DNA from: Spirochaetia bacterium | GTDB lineage: Bacteria; Spirochaetota; Spirochaetia; DSM-2461 | DNA length: 64,000 bases | Reading direction: 5' to 3' | NCBI GenBank assembly: GCA_963666985.2 | Contig: CAXXIA010000002.1 | Span: forward strand, 2,208,001-2,272,000 | In this document: in pieces, positions 19,330-27,792 of the stretch | Layout: each line of letters begins with the position of its first letter | Position numbering within the stretch: the first letter of the stretch is position 1 | Program-made: the position numbers and the translations under genes | Notes under the pieces: generated by a model | Database searches by the model: none | What the model was told of the DNA's origin: nothing | Seen by the model: the letters and a program-made list of their open reading frames with translations, nothing else

Positions 19330-20300
19330 AGCGCCGTTCCTCTCTTTTTAAGGCCGGCGGCTTTGTATTGACTCTTTATACGCGGATCGATAAACGCATA
19401 CAGAATATCTACAATCATGTTTACAAACGAAAACATAACCGCCATGAAAATTACCGATCCGAGAACCATCGGTATGTCTTTACTGGTAATGGAATCCACC
19501 ATCAGCCGACCGAGTCCCGGCCAGGAAAAAACAGTCTCCGTAAGCATGGCTCCTCCAAGGAGCAGACCGAACTGGAGTCCCACGGCGGTAATAATCGGGA
19601 TCATGGCGTTTTTAAGCATGTGATGGCGGGTAACGATTTTTTCGGATATTCCTTTGGCGCGTGCGGTTGAAATATAATCCTGACGGATAACTTCAAGCAT
19701 GGATGACCGGGTCATCCGCACCACGGTGGCCGCCGCTCCCGTTCCGAGCGTAACGGCAGGAAGAATCAGACTTTTCAGCATAGGAATTAATCCCTCTCCC
19801 ATCCCCTGAGAGGGCAGTAATCGCAGCTTAAGGGCGAATAAAAGTGATAATAGGAGACCGAGCCAGAAATTCGGCATTGATACACCTATAAGCGACAGAA
19901 TCATTGCCGAGTTATCGACAACGGTATATTGTTTCTTCGCGGATAAGATTCCAACCGGAATGCCAATCAGGAGTGCTACAAAAATTCCCGCAACCGCAAG
20001 GATGGCCGTATTGGGGAATTTGTCCCAAACCTGCTGAGCGACACTGATTTGATTTTTATAAGATGTACCCAGATCTCCATGAAGCATATTTTTCATGTAG
20101 TTGAAATAACGAACCACTATCGGGTCATTCAATCCCAGTTCTATTCGCTTAAGAGCCAGCGCTTCTGCACTGGCCTGATCACCGAGGATGATGGCGGCAG
20201 GATCGCCTGGGGTTAATGCCATTATAAAAAAGACAATAAAGGTTACGCCTAAGAGAACGGGGATCATTAAAAGAAGTCGTTTGAGGATATATTTCCACAT
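19326..20300 (-). CDS. Oligopeptide ABC transporter permease (OppB/DppB-like)
   Basis: YILKRLL, PGDPA, TRSSMLEVIRQDYISTARAKG and IDPRI; start at 20300 behind GGAG. Confidence 0.93.
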   Translation of the reverse strand: MWKYILKRLLLMIPVLLGVTFIVFFIMALTPGDPAAIILGDQASAEALALKRIELGLNDPIVVRYFNYMKNMLHGDLGTSYKNQISVAQQVWDKFPNTAILAVAGIFVALLIGIPVGILSAKKQYTVVDNSAMILSLIGVSMPNFWLGLLLSLLFALKLRLLPSQGMGEGLIPMLKSLILPAVTLGTGAAATVVRMTRSSMLEVIRQDYISTARAKGISEKIVTRHHMLKNAMIPIITAVGLQFGLLLGGAMLTETVFSWPGLGRLMVDSITSKDIPMVLGSVIFMAVMFSFVNMIVDILYAFIDPRIKSQYKAAGLKKRGTAL

Positions 20301-20328
20301 CGAAAGCTCCCGTGGACAAGTCCAGGGC

Positions 20329-20387
20329 ATAATATCGGAAAGAGGCTATATCGTCAATTAATACTATAATTTATAGTAATTACTACA
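20329..20387 (-). promoter_or_regulatory. Opp operon promoter with adjacent palindromic operator(s), candidate RpiR site
   Basis: Minus strand TTGACG-N17-TATTAT (20357-20329); overlapping palindromes TACTATAA-T-TTATAGTA (20362-20378) and TATAGTAATTACTACA (20372-20387). Confidence 0.65.
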
Positions 20388-20411
20388 TTTTTTTATGACT
20401 GAAAGCGGAAC

Positions 20412-21278
20412 TCAATCCGTTTTTGTCGTAAACAGACGCAGGTATTCTTCATACTGATCGGCGGCGGTTTTTTGCTGCTGACTTTCAATTTCTTTTTGAT
20501 CGGCCATGAAGAGTATGGCGATTACATCAATCATGGCCATGATTGATGTTGGAGAATTGGTCATTCCCATTAATTCGGTAGGACAGATGAGACTGGCTTC
20601 CGCCATGGAAGCCAAAGGAGAGAAAGGGCTGTCGGTGATGGCCGCCACAGGTATTTTTCGGGATAGACACATACGGGCTGTGGCTAAAGTATTTTTGCCG
20701 TATGGAGGAGTGGATATGGCAATAAGAAGATTATCTTCCGGGACACAGCCCAGAAGCCGGAATATTGTTTTTTGCGGATTATCCATATCCAGGGAATTGA
20801 TATCCACCCCGAGTAGAGTAAGTCTGTGGCAAATCGCTATTGAGAACAATCGGCTGATACCATGAGCGGCAACAAATACCCGTTTTGCTTTTCGGATCAG
20901 ATTGATAAAATCCCGTATCTGTTCCGGACCGTTATGTTCAAAGGTCTGTTTGAGCGCTTTCATTTCCGATTTGACGATTTCTTTGATTAACTCATCCCAA
21001 TTCCCGTTTTGTCTGCCTAATTCTTTCATTCGGTCCACGGGGCGGGTCCATTTCAGCATGTGAGACTGAAGAGCTTTTCTGAATTCGATATATCTTTCTT
21101 GTCCCAGAAACCGGCAGAAATTGAGAACCGTTACTTCGGTGGACTGAGTTTCCCGAGCGAATTCATGAAGAGTCAGAAAACAGCATTTCGTCGGATTATC
21201 CAGAATATAGGACGCAATACGCTTTCTGGTTTTATTATAGGTTGAGAAATCTGTTTTAATTTGTTCAATGATATCCAC
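20412..21278 (-). CDS. MurR/RpiR family transcriptional regulator (HTH + SIS)
   Basis: RIASYIL...STEVTVLNFCRFLG..YIEFRKAL HTH and AITDSPFSPLA SIS motif; GTG start. Confidence 0.9.
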   Translation of the reverse strand: MDIIEQIKTDFSTYNKTRKRIASYILDNPTKCCFLTLHEFARETQSTEVTVLNFCRFLGQERYIEFRKALQSHMLKWTRPVDRMKELGRQNGNWDELIKEIVKSEMKALKQTFEHNGPEQIRDFINLIRKAKRVFVAAHGISRLFSIAICHRLTLLGVDINSLDMDNPQKTIFRLLGCVPEDNLLIAISTPPYGKNTLATARMCLSRKIPVAAITDSPFSPLASMAEASLICPTELMGMTNSPTSIMAMIDVIAILFMADQKEIESQQQKTAADQYEEYLRLFTTKTD

Positions 21279-21499
21279 CGCAATCTCCGTTACAACACCT
21301 CATTTGAATGTGACTTATATTATCAATAATAATTGATGTGGAAAGGTTTCATGTATTTCAAAGCCGCATTCAAACAATGAAGAAATACTTTCTTTAGGAC
21401 AAGTTGTCAGTTTCCTATTCAATTTTTCGAGCAATGAATTTTTCTGAAATGAAATATCCTTTTCAGATTTCATGAGCTCCGGCCGTTTTCTTCGGCATG

Positions 21500-21556
21500 A
21501 TCTAACCGAAACCTGCCCGTTTCCTAACCACTTCTTCATGGAATCCGTGCGATCGT
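21500..21556 (+). promoter_or_regulatory. Candidate Pho-box promoter of the phn operon (direct repeat copy 2)
   Basis: 7-mers at 11-bp pitch: TCTAACC/CCTGCCC/CCTAACC/CTTCATG, then 10 nt and a possible extended -10 (TG-c-GATCGT); same layout upstream of phnD. Confidence 0.55.
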
Positions 21557-21562
21557 GCCGTA

Positions 21563-21988
21563 ATGAAGCGCCGACTCCGTACGCGAATTCTTATTGATGG
21601 TTCTCCCGATCTCCTCCGTCGGCTTTCGGCGGAAGCGGAGTCCTCCCACGATGTCAGGGATGTTGATGATCCCTCCGGCGGACTCGTGATGATGCGGCTC
21701 CGGGATACGGCACGGAAAGATGCCTTTTATCTCGGTGAGATTCTTGTAACCGAAGCCAAGGTCCGCATCGGCGGAACTTTGGGACTCGGACTGATCCGCG
21801 GCGACCGGCCGGAAGAGGCCAGGAGGCTCGCCGTCGTGGACGCAGCGTTCAATGCGAATTCTCCGCTGATTGCCGACTGGATTCCCCTTCTGGAAGAAGA
21901 AGATCTCCGAATAGTCCGAGAAAAGAGCCGCGAAGCGGCGGAGATCCTCAAAACCCGGGTGGATTTCTCCACGATGGAGTCGTTCTGA
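21563..21988 (+). CDS. phnG: C-P lyase subunit PhnG
   Basis: GLVMMR, FYLGEILVTEA, AVVDA and TRVDFSTM motifs; first gene of the phn cluster. Confidence 0.93.
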   Translation: MKRRLRTRILIDGSPDLLRRLSAEAESSHDVRDVDDPSGGLVMMRLRDTARKDAFYLGEILVTEAKVRIGGTLGLGLIRGDRPEEARRLAVVDAAFNANSPLIADWIPLLEEEDLRIVREKSREAAEILKTRVDFSTMESF

Positions 21989-22767
21989 TGAAGCTGGATA
22001 GAGTGCACGATTTGCAGGACGTTTTTCGGAAAATGGTTACGGCTCACAGTTTTCCGGGACGCATCCTGTCCATTGAATCGGTTATGAGCGGTATTGATAA
22101 AGATTTGCCGCTTCCGGCTCATCTGTGCGTGATTGCGTTAACGCTGCTGGATGCCGAAACAGGATTTGCCGTTGTATCGGCCCGGTCCGACGAACAGGTG
22201 CGCTTGATCAGTCAGCTGACTTATGCGCGTTCGGTTCCTTTGGACGAGGCAGATTTTCTTTTTGCAAAATCCGGTGATGAATACGTTCTTTCCGCTCTGG
22301 ACGCCGCGAAGGAAGGAACCCTGGAAGATCCCCATAAAGGCGCCACGGTGATTATGGAAGTGGCGGGAATGTGTTCCGACGATCCGGCTAATTATGATGA
22401 AGCGAGTGGTGCCGATGAAGCGGCGGCGCTCGCCGATGTTTCCGGTACTCCCGGGAACCGGCCGTTTAATGGCGATTCATTATCCGGCGGCGAAAGTTCA
22501 GAAAGTTTCCAAAGCGCCGAGGGAAGGGCTACGGCACTCGGGAGCACGGTAAGCACTGATTGGCCCGAGTGGATTCTCACCGGCCCCGGCATCGAGACGG
22601 AGAAGAGACTGCGTGTGGCCGGTTCTCCCAAGTGGGCTGAAATCCGTGCCGTGAGGAATAAAGAATTTCCTTTGGGTGTGGATTGTATTCTGATTGATCC
22701 GACGGGCCGGATGGCCGCGCTGCCTCGAACAACGAAGATGAAGCGCGTTGAAGAGGGGGCCGCCTGA
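21988..22767 (+). CDS. phnH: C-P lyase subunit PhnH (with about 65-aa insertion)
   Basis: QDVFR..PG, LTLLDAET, GTLEDPHKGATV, LTGPGI, FPLGVD and LPRTT motifs. Confidence 0.92.
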   Translation: MKLDRVHDLQDVFRKMVTAHSFPGRILSIESVMSGIDKDLPLPAHLCVIALTLLDAETGFAVVSARSDEQVRLISQLTYARSVPLDEADFLFAKSGDEYVLSALDAAKEGTLEDPHKGATVIMEVAGMCSDDPANYDEASGADEAAALADVSGTPGNRPFNGDSLSGGESSESFQSAEGRATALGSTVSTDWPEWILTGPGIETEKRLRVAGSPKWAEIRAVRNKEFPLGVDCILIDPTGRMAALPRTTKMKRVEEGAA

Positions 22768-24407
22768 TGGGATATGTTGCGGTTAAGGGCGGTTCCGAGG
22801 CGATAGAGGCCTCATTGCAGCGGCTGAAAAGACAGCGCTTGGAAGAGGGCGTTCTTCTGGATGCGGCGGCCGTTCGCGGGGGAATGAAGGTTCTGATTGA
22901 TCAGGTGATGGCCGAGGCCAGTCTGTATGATGAAACAACCGCTTCGGTGGCGATAAAACAGGCCGAGGGGAGTCCCGAGGAGGCCGTTTTTCTGCTCCGG
23001 GCCTTTCGGTCCACTCTGCCGAGGCTGCACTACAGCCGGGAGACTCTCACTGAAGGGATGTGGGTGGAACGCCGCATCTCGGCCAGCTTCAAGGACATCC
23101 CCGGCGGCCAGATTTTGGGAACGAGTCCCGACTACAGTCATCGGCTTCTTGATTTTGACTTGATGGATGAAACCGAGGAGGATGTCCGCCGGTTTCTGGA
23201 GGAAGCACGGGAAGCCTTGGCCGCCGAGTCGGCGGAATCTGTTAAGGGAGATTTGTCTGGGGGCGGCCTTTCCTATGCTGGTTGTGCCGGTTCGGAAGCC
23301 GCCGAATACGCTCCCGGTACCATCGGCGGCCGTGCCTTTGCCGACGAACGCACCTCAGTGGATCTTTCCAAACTTCCAAAGGTTATTGACTACCTGCGGC
23401 GCGAAGGCTTGATGGCCGAACCTCCCCTCTCGAATAAGGAACCAAAAGACATTACCCAGGAAACTCTCACTTTCCCCACCCATCGCGCCGAGCGGCTTCA
23501 AATTCTTGCTCGGGGACAGACCGGTGCGGTAACGGCCTTCGGTTATGCCGCTCTGCGCGGCTACGGCGCGGTTCTGCATCCCACGGTCGGGGAGCTTCGA
23601 GTGGGTCGTCTGCCGCTGACCATCCCCGATCCTTATGCCGTCCGAAGTGGAGCGGCGGCTGAGGCTTCCGGTGCGAAAGACGTCAAGGCTAACACCGATT
23701 CCAGCGACGAATCGGGACAAGCCGTCTCAAACTCCGCCGACTTCGCACATTCCGGCGGCGCGCCTGCCGGGGCCGCTTCCACCCCCGCCTCCGCGATTCC
23801 CGTGCCTTCCGCAGCCGACGATCCGGAAGACGACTACTACATCGGAGAAATCCTCGTTACGGAAGTGGAGAGTCTTATCCCCGTTCCGGTGAAGAGGCCG
23901 CACGGCCGAACGGAAATCGAGTTTGCCCTGGGCTACGGCATCTGTTTCGGCCGGAATGAAACCAAGGCCATCGCCATGAGTATTCTGGATTTTAATCTGA
24001 CCGACGGCGACAAGGAATCGGCCGTAGGCGATGAAGAACTCATCCTGCTTCATGTGGATTCGGTGGAAGCAACCGGATTCATCAGTCACTTGAAACTGCC
24101 TCACTACGTCACCTTCCAGTCCAAACTCGACAGCGTCAGAAAGGCCCGCTCGGAAGGAGGCTCCAAGGATTCCGCTTCGGCCGATTCCAAGAGCGGCGGC
24201 AGTGCCGGCAGTGCTTCCGGCGGAGCAGGGAGCTCGGAAGGCTCGGAGGGCGCTGCCTCCGGCGCCGCTTCAAACGAATCCGGCACGGCGGCTGAACAGC
24301 AGGGGCCAAACCAGGCCGCCGCTGCAGGCAAGTCTTCCGCCGCCTTTGCCGCACCCAAGGTTGGGGGTGCCCGAAACGGCGGATTTCCGGAAGGAGGCCG
24401 GGCGTGA
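22767..24407 (+). CDS. phnI: C-P lyase subunit PhnI (with low-complexity insertions and tail)
   Basis: YVAVKGG, RRISASFKDIPGGQILG, HPTVGELRVG and GFISHLKLPHYVTFQS motifs. Confidence 0.95.
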   Translation: MGYVAVKGGSEAIEASLQRLKRQRLEEGVLLDAAAVRGGMKVLIDQVMAEASLYDETTASVAIKQAEGSPEEAVFLLRAFRSTLPRLHYSRETLTEGMWVERRISASFKDIPGGQILGTSPDYSHRLLDFDLMDETEEDVRRFLEEAREALAAESAESVKGDLSGGGLSYAGCAGSEAAEYAPGTIGGRAFADERTSVDLSKLPKVIDYLRREGLMAEPPLSNKEPKDITQETLTFPTHRAERLQILARGQTGAVTAFGYAALRGYGAVLHPTVGELRVGRLPLTIPDPYAVRSGAAAEASGAKDVKANTDSSDESGQAVSNSADFAHSGGAPAGAASTPASAIPVPSAADDPEDDYYIGEILVTEVESLIPVPVKRPHGRTEIEFALGYGICFGRNETKAIAMSILDFNLTDGDKESAVGDEELILLHVDSVEATGFISHLKLPHYVTFQSKLDSVRKARSEGGSKDSASADSKSGGSAGSASGGAGSSEGSEGAASGAASNESGTAAEQQGPNQAAAAGKSSAAFAAPKVGGARNGGFPEGGRA

Positions 24408-25246
24408 AACAGCATTATAACTTTGCTTACTTCGACGAAGGATCGAAACGGGAAATCCGGCGGGCTCTCCTCAAAGGCATCTGCATTCCCGGATACCAGG
24501 TTCCCTTCGCCTCCCGCGAAATGCCCATTGCCCGCGGCTGGGGAACCGGCGGCCTGCAGATTACCCTGTCGCTTATCGGCCGGAACGATGTCTTGAAAGT
24601 CATCGACCAGGGCGACGATGAATCGGTGAACGCGGTGAATATCAAGAGATTGGTGACCGGGGTCACCAATGTGAAAACCACCGACGCAACCGAAGAGGCG
24701 AACCTCATCCAGTCACGGCATCGAATCCCCGAGAAACCTCTCAGGGAAGATCAGATCATGATTCTTCAGGTTCCTCTTCCCGAGCCGCTTCGCTGGGTGG
24801 AGCCTTCCGAAGCCGTAACCAAGCGGCTTCATGCCGAAAAGGACTATACGGGCGCGTATCTGATTCTCTTCGAGGAAATCATGCGATACGGTCGGGTCAG
24901 CACCGGCGCCGATCATCCGGTGATGGTGGAAGACCGCTACGTGATGGCGCCCAGTCCCATCCCCCGTTTCGACAATCCCAAGCTGCACTCATCGCGTGCC
25001 CTCATCCTGCTCGGGGCGGGCCGCGAGAAGAAAATCTATGCCGTACCGCCTTACACCAAGGTTGTTTCGCTGGCCTTCGAGGATCATCCCTTTGAAACCG
25101 AGGTTGACGATTCCAAGGTCTGTGAGCTTTGCGGGGCCGTCGGAGTCTTTATGGATGAACTTGTTGACCCCGCCGGCGGCCCGACGAAGTACCGCTGCAA
25201 CGATACGAGCCATTGTCTTGATCGCCGCAACAGGGAGGCGGTATGA
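24404..25246 (+). CDS. phnJ: Alpha-D-ribose 1-methylphosphonate 5-phosphate C-P lyase PhnJ
   Basis: PGYQVPFASREMP, GWGTGG, PSPIPRFDNPK, GAGREK and intact Cx2Cx21Cx5C. Confidence 0.97.
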   Translation: MKQHYNFAYFDEGSKREIRRALLKGICIPGYQVPFASREMPIARGWGTGGLQITLSLIGRNDVLKVIDQGDDESVNAVNIKRLVTGVTNVKTTDATEEANLIQSRHRIPEKPLREDQIMILQVPLPEPLRWVEPSEAVTKRLHAEKDYTGAYLILFEEIMRYGRVSTGADHPVMVEDRYVMAPSPIPRFDNPKLHSSRALILLGAGREKKIYAVPPYTKVVSLAFEDHPFETEVDDSKVCELCGAVGVFMDELVDPAGGPTKYRCNDTSHCLDRRNREAV

Positions 25247-26415
25247 GCGCCGTGAATACTCTTGAGCAAACAAAAGCCGCCGCCATCGCCGCCGAAGATG
25301 CGCCTATCCTCCGCGTGGAGGGGCTTTCACGTATGTACGGTTCCGGCTGCAAGTACTGTCTTCCTGCCGGCGGCCGGGGACCGCGGGTATCAGCAGGCGG
25401 CGGCACATCGGACGCTTCTAAAGCGGCCGCGGCCCAATCCGCTCACGCCGCCGCCGACACCGGGTCCGCCGCACATCCCGGCATAGCTGCCGGCTCTGGC
25501 GCAACCGGCAATGCGACAAGCTCCGCCGCACGCGAATCCGGCGGCCCCCCGCCGTTTTCTTCCGCCGGCGGCCAGGAATCGCACGAATCGCTAAGAGGCG
25601 GAACGGGTGTTAACGGAATGGCCGCTGATAACAATACCTCAGAATCCCAAACCCCGCCGTCCGTCCTGGAAAAAAACTGGTGCCCTCACTGCGGAACCGT
25701 TCATGCGGCCTCCGACGTTTCGTTTTCCGTGTACCCCGGAGAAGTCCTGGGCATCGTCGGCGAATCCGGCAGCGGCAAGTCCACGGTGATGAACTGCCTC
25801 TACTTCGACGACGAGCCTACCTCGGGCGCGGCCTATTTAACCAATTGGGATGAAGGACTCACCGACATCTTCTCCGTCTCCGGCCAGGCCAAACGGCGAA
25901 TCCGGAACGAGATGATGGGCAAGGTCTACCAGAATCCTCTTATGGGCCTGAAAATGCGGTTTTCCGCCATGGCCAACATCGCCGAGAAACTCATCGCCGC
26001 CGGAGATCGGAATGTCGGCCGCATGGAAACCCGAGCCTTTGAGCTTCTGGAACATGTGAACATTCCCTCTTTCCGCATGAAGGACGCTCCGGTCAATTTT
26101 TCCGGCGGGATGCAGCAGCGGGTTCAGATCGCCAAGGCCCTTTCCAACAATCCGCCCCTTCTTCTGCTGGACGAGGTCACCACGGGGCTGGACGTTTCCG
26201 TGCAGGCCAAAGTGCTCGATCTCATCAAGGCCATTCAGCGGGAACTCGGCGTGAGCATGCTTCTGGTGTCGCACGATTTGGGCATTATCCGGATGCTCGC
26301 CGACCGGACTCTTGTGATGCTCAACGGCCGCGTTATCGAGCGCGGTCTGACCGACCAGATCCTGGAAGATCCGCAGGAACCGTATACGCAGGAACTGGTC
26401 CAGTCCTTACTGTAG
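25243..26415 (+). CDS. phnK: C-P lyase ABC-type ATPase PhnK (with about 100-aa insertion)
   Basis: GIVGESGSGKS, FSGGMQQRVQIA, DEVTTGLDVSVQA and GLTDQILEDPQEPYTQ motifs. Confidence 0.93.
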   Translation: MSAVNTLEQTKAAAIAAEDAPILRVEGLSRMYGSGCKYCLPAGGRGPRVSAGGGTSDASKAAAAQSAHAAADTGSAAHPGIAAGSGATGNATSSAARESGGPPPFSSAGGQESHESLRGGTGVNGMAADNNTSESQTPPSVLEKNWCPHCGTVHAASDVSFSVYPGEVLGIVGESGSGKSTVMNCLYFDDEPTSGAAYLTNWDEGLTDIFSVSGQAKRRIRNEMMGKVYQNPLMGLKMRFSAMANIAEKLIAAGDRNVGRMETRAFELLEHVNIPSFRMKDAPVNFSGGMQQRVQIAKALSNNPPLLLLDEVTTGLDVSVQAKVLDLIKAIQRELGVSMLLVSHDLGIIRMLADRTLVMLNGRVIERGLTDQILEDPQEPYTQELVQSLL

Positions 26416-26554
26416 GAGGCTACTGAAAATGACCTTTGGCTTGGATACTGCGTTGAATCAATGCTCGAAATGCTCACGTACTTCCAGTACGCAGCGCTTT
26501 CTGTGCTTGATTCTGTCTTATCTCCAAGCCAAATCTCTATTTCCAGTAGTCTCC
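26415..26554. repeat. Palindromic MITE-like element (RPE/ERIC-like), copy 2
   Basis: Arms GGAGGCTACTGAAAAT..TTTGGCTTGGA and TCCAAGCCAAA..ATTTCCAGTAGTCTCC; inner GAATCAA/TTGATTC; core GCTCGAAATGCTCACGTAC-ttcca-GTACGCAGCGCTTTC. Confidence 0.82.
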
Positions 26555-26580
26555 TTGGGATTTCAAAGGAGATGCGATTT

Positions 26581-27792
26581 ATGCGCACAATCATAAAAAA
26601 CGGCCATGTGGTGACCCCCGCGGCGGTTCTGGAAGGGTTCGATGTCGTTCTGGAGGACGACCGGATTGCCGCGATTCTTCCCGGCGGGACGGCACAGAAT
26701 CAGCGGGACGGCAGCTCCGATCAGCCGGAGATTATCGACGCCTCCGATGCCGTCGTTATGCCCGGTCTCATCGACATTCACGCGGATTTCATCGAGAGCA
26801 TGGTCGCACCCAGACCCACCAGCGTGATGAACATGGATCTGGCCTTCCGCGAAGCCGAACGGGTTCTGGCCGTCAACGGCATCACCACGATGTTCCATTC
26901 CATCTCCTTCATCAGTAATCTTCACGCCTTTTCCACCCCCGTGCGGGCGCCGGAACTGACCAAAACCCTGCTGGATGTTATTGCCGCTTCTCACGGGAAA
27001 CCGCACCTGATTCATCACCGTTTTCACGCGCGTTTTGAACTGGACAGCGTGGACAGAATCGAGGAAGTCCAAAATTTCATCCGGGAAGGGAAAATCCACC
27101 TTCTTTCCATCATGGATCACACTCCCGGACAGGGGCAGTACAGCGACATGGCCATCTACAAGGACACCATGAAGAAGTGGAAGAACCTGGATGACGAGAG
27201 CGTGGAGAAGCTTGTCACCCTGGTACAGAACCGGAGCATGCTGAGTCTGGACGAGGTTAAGTGTCTGACCGACATGGCCCACGAATACGGCATCGCCGTG
27301 GCCAGTCATGATGATGATACCATTGAGAAACTTGATTTGGTGCAGAGTTTCGGCTCGGATATCAGCGAGTTTCCCATCACCATTGAAGTGGCCCGCGAGG
27401 CCCGAAAACGGGGCATGCATACCGTCGCCGGTGCGGCCAACGTTCTTTTGGGCGGATCCCACTCCGGAAATCTTTCGGCCGCCGAGGCGGTGAAAGAAGG
27501 CGTGGTGGACATCCTTTGCAGCGACTATTATCCGGCGGGCCTCCTTCATTCGATCTTCAAGCTTCGCGATCTTTTGGGAAAACCTCTTCATGAAATGGTG
27601 AATCTTGTCACGCGGAATCCCGCCCTGGCGGTCGGTATCGGAGATGAGACCGGCTCACTGGAAACCGGAATGCGGGCCGATGTGATTATCGTGCGGGACA
27701 TTGCCCCCGAATCAGGCGGCTATCCGACGGTGAGCGATGTCTTCGCGGCCGGTCGGCATATCCTTTCGGCCAGGTACCGGAGAGATTCATGA
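26581..27792 (+). CDS. phnM: Alpha-D-ribose 1-methylphosphonate 5-triphosphate diphosphatase PhnM
   Basis: PGLIDIHAD, GITTMFH, MDHTPGQGQ, ASHDD, SEFP, GGSHSGN and SDYYP; start at 26581 behind SD AAGGAG. Confidence 0.95.
   Translation: MRTIIKNGHVVTPAAVLEGFDVVLEDDRIAAILPGGTAQNQRDGSSDQPEIIDASDAVVMPGLIDIHADFIESMVAPRPTSVMNMDLAFREAERVLAVNGITTMFHSISFISNLHAFSTPVRAPELTKTLLDVIAASHGKPHLIHHRFHARFELDSVDRIEEVQNFIREGKIHLLSIMDHTPGQGQYSDMAIYKDTMKKWKNLDDESVEKLVTLVQNRSMLSLDEVKCLTDMAHEYGIAVASHDDDTIEKLDLVQSFGSDISEFPITIEVAREARKRGMHTVAGAANVLLGGSHSGNLSAAEAVKEGVVDILCSDYYPAGLLHSIFKLRDLLGKPLHEMVNLVTRNPALAVGIGDETGSLETGMRADVIIVRDIAPESGGYPTVSDVFAAGRHILSARYRRDS

Noticed and set aside
22375..25660. Inteins or introns as the explanation for the Phn insertions
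   Set aside because: No C/S...HN-C/S/T splice junction pattern, no endonuclease motifs, and low-complexity composition.
26461..26580. N-terminal extension of PhnM as given in the ORF track
   Set aside because: It lies within the palindromic element; a good SD precedes ATG 26581.
26563..27591. 342-aa minus-strand ORF
   Set aside because: Antisense shadow of phnM; no motifs; expected from codon bias.
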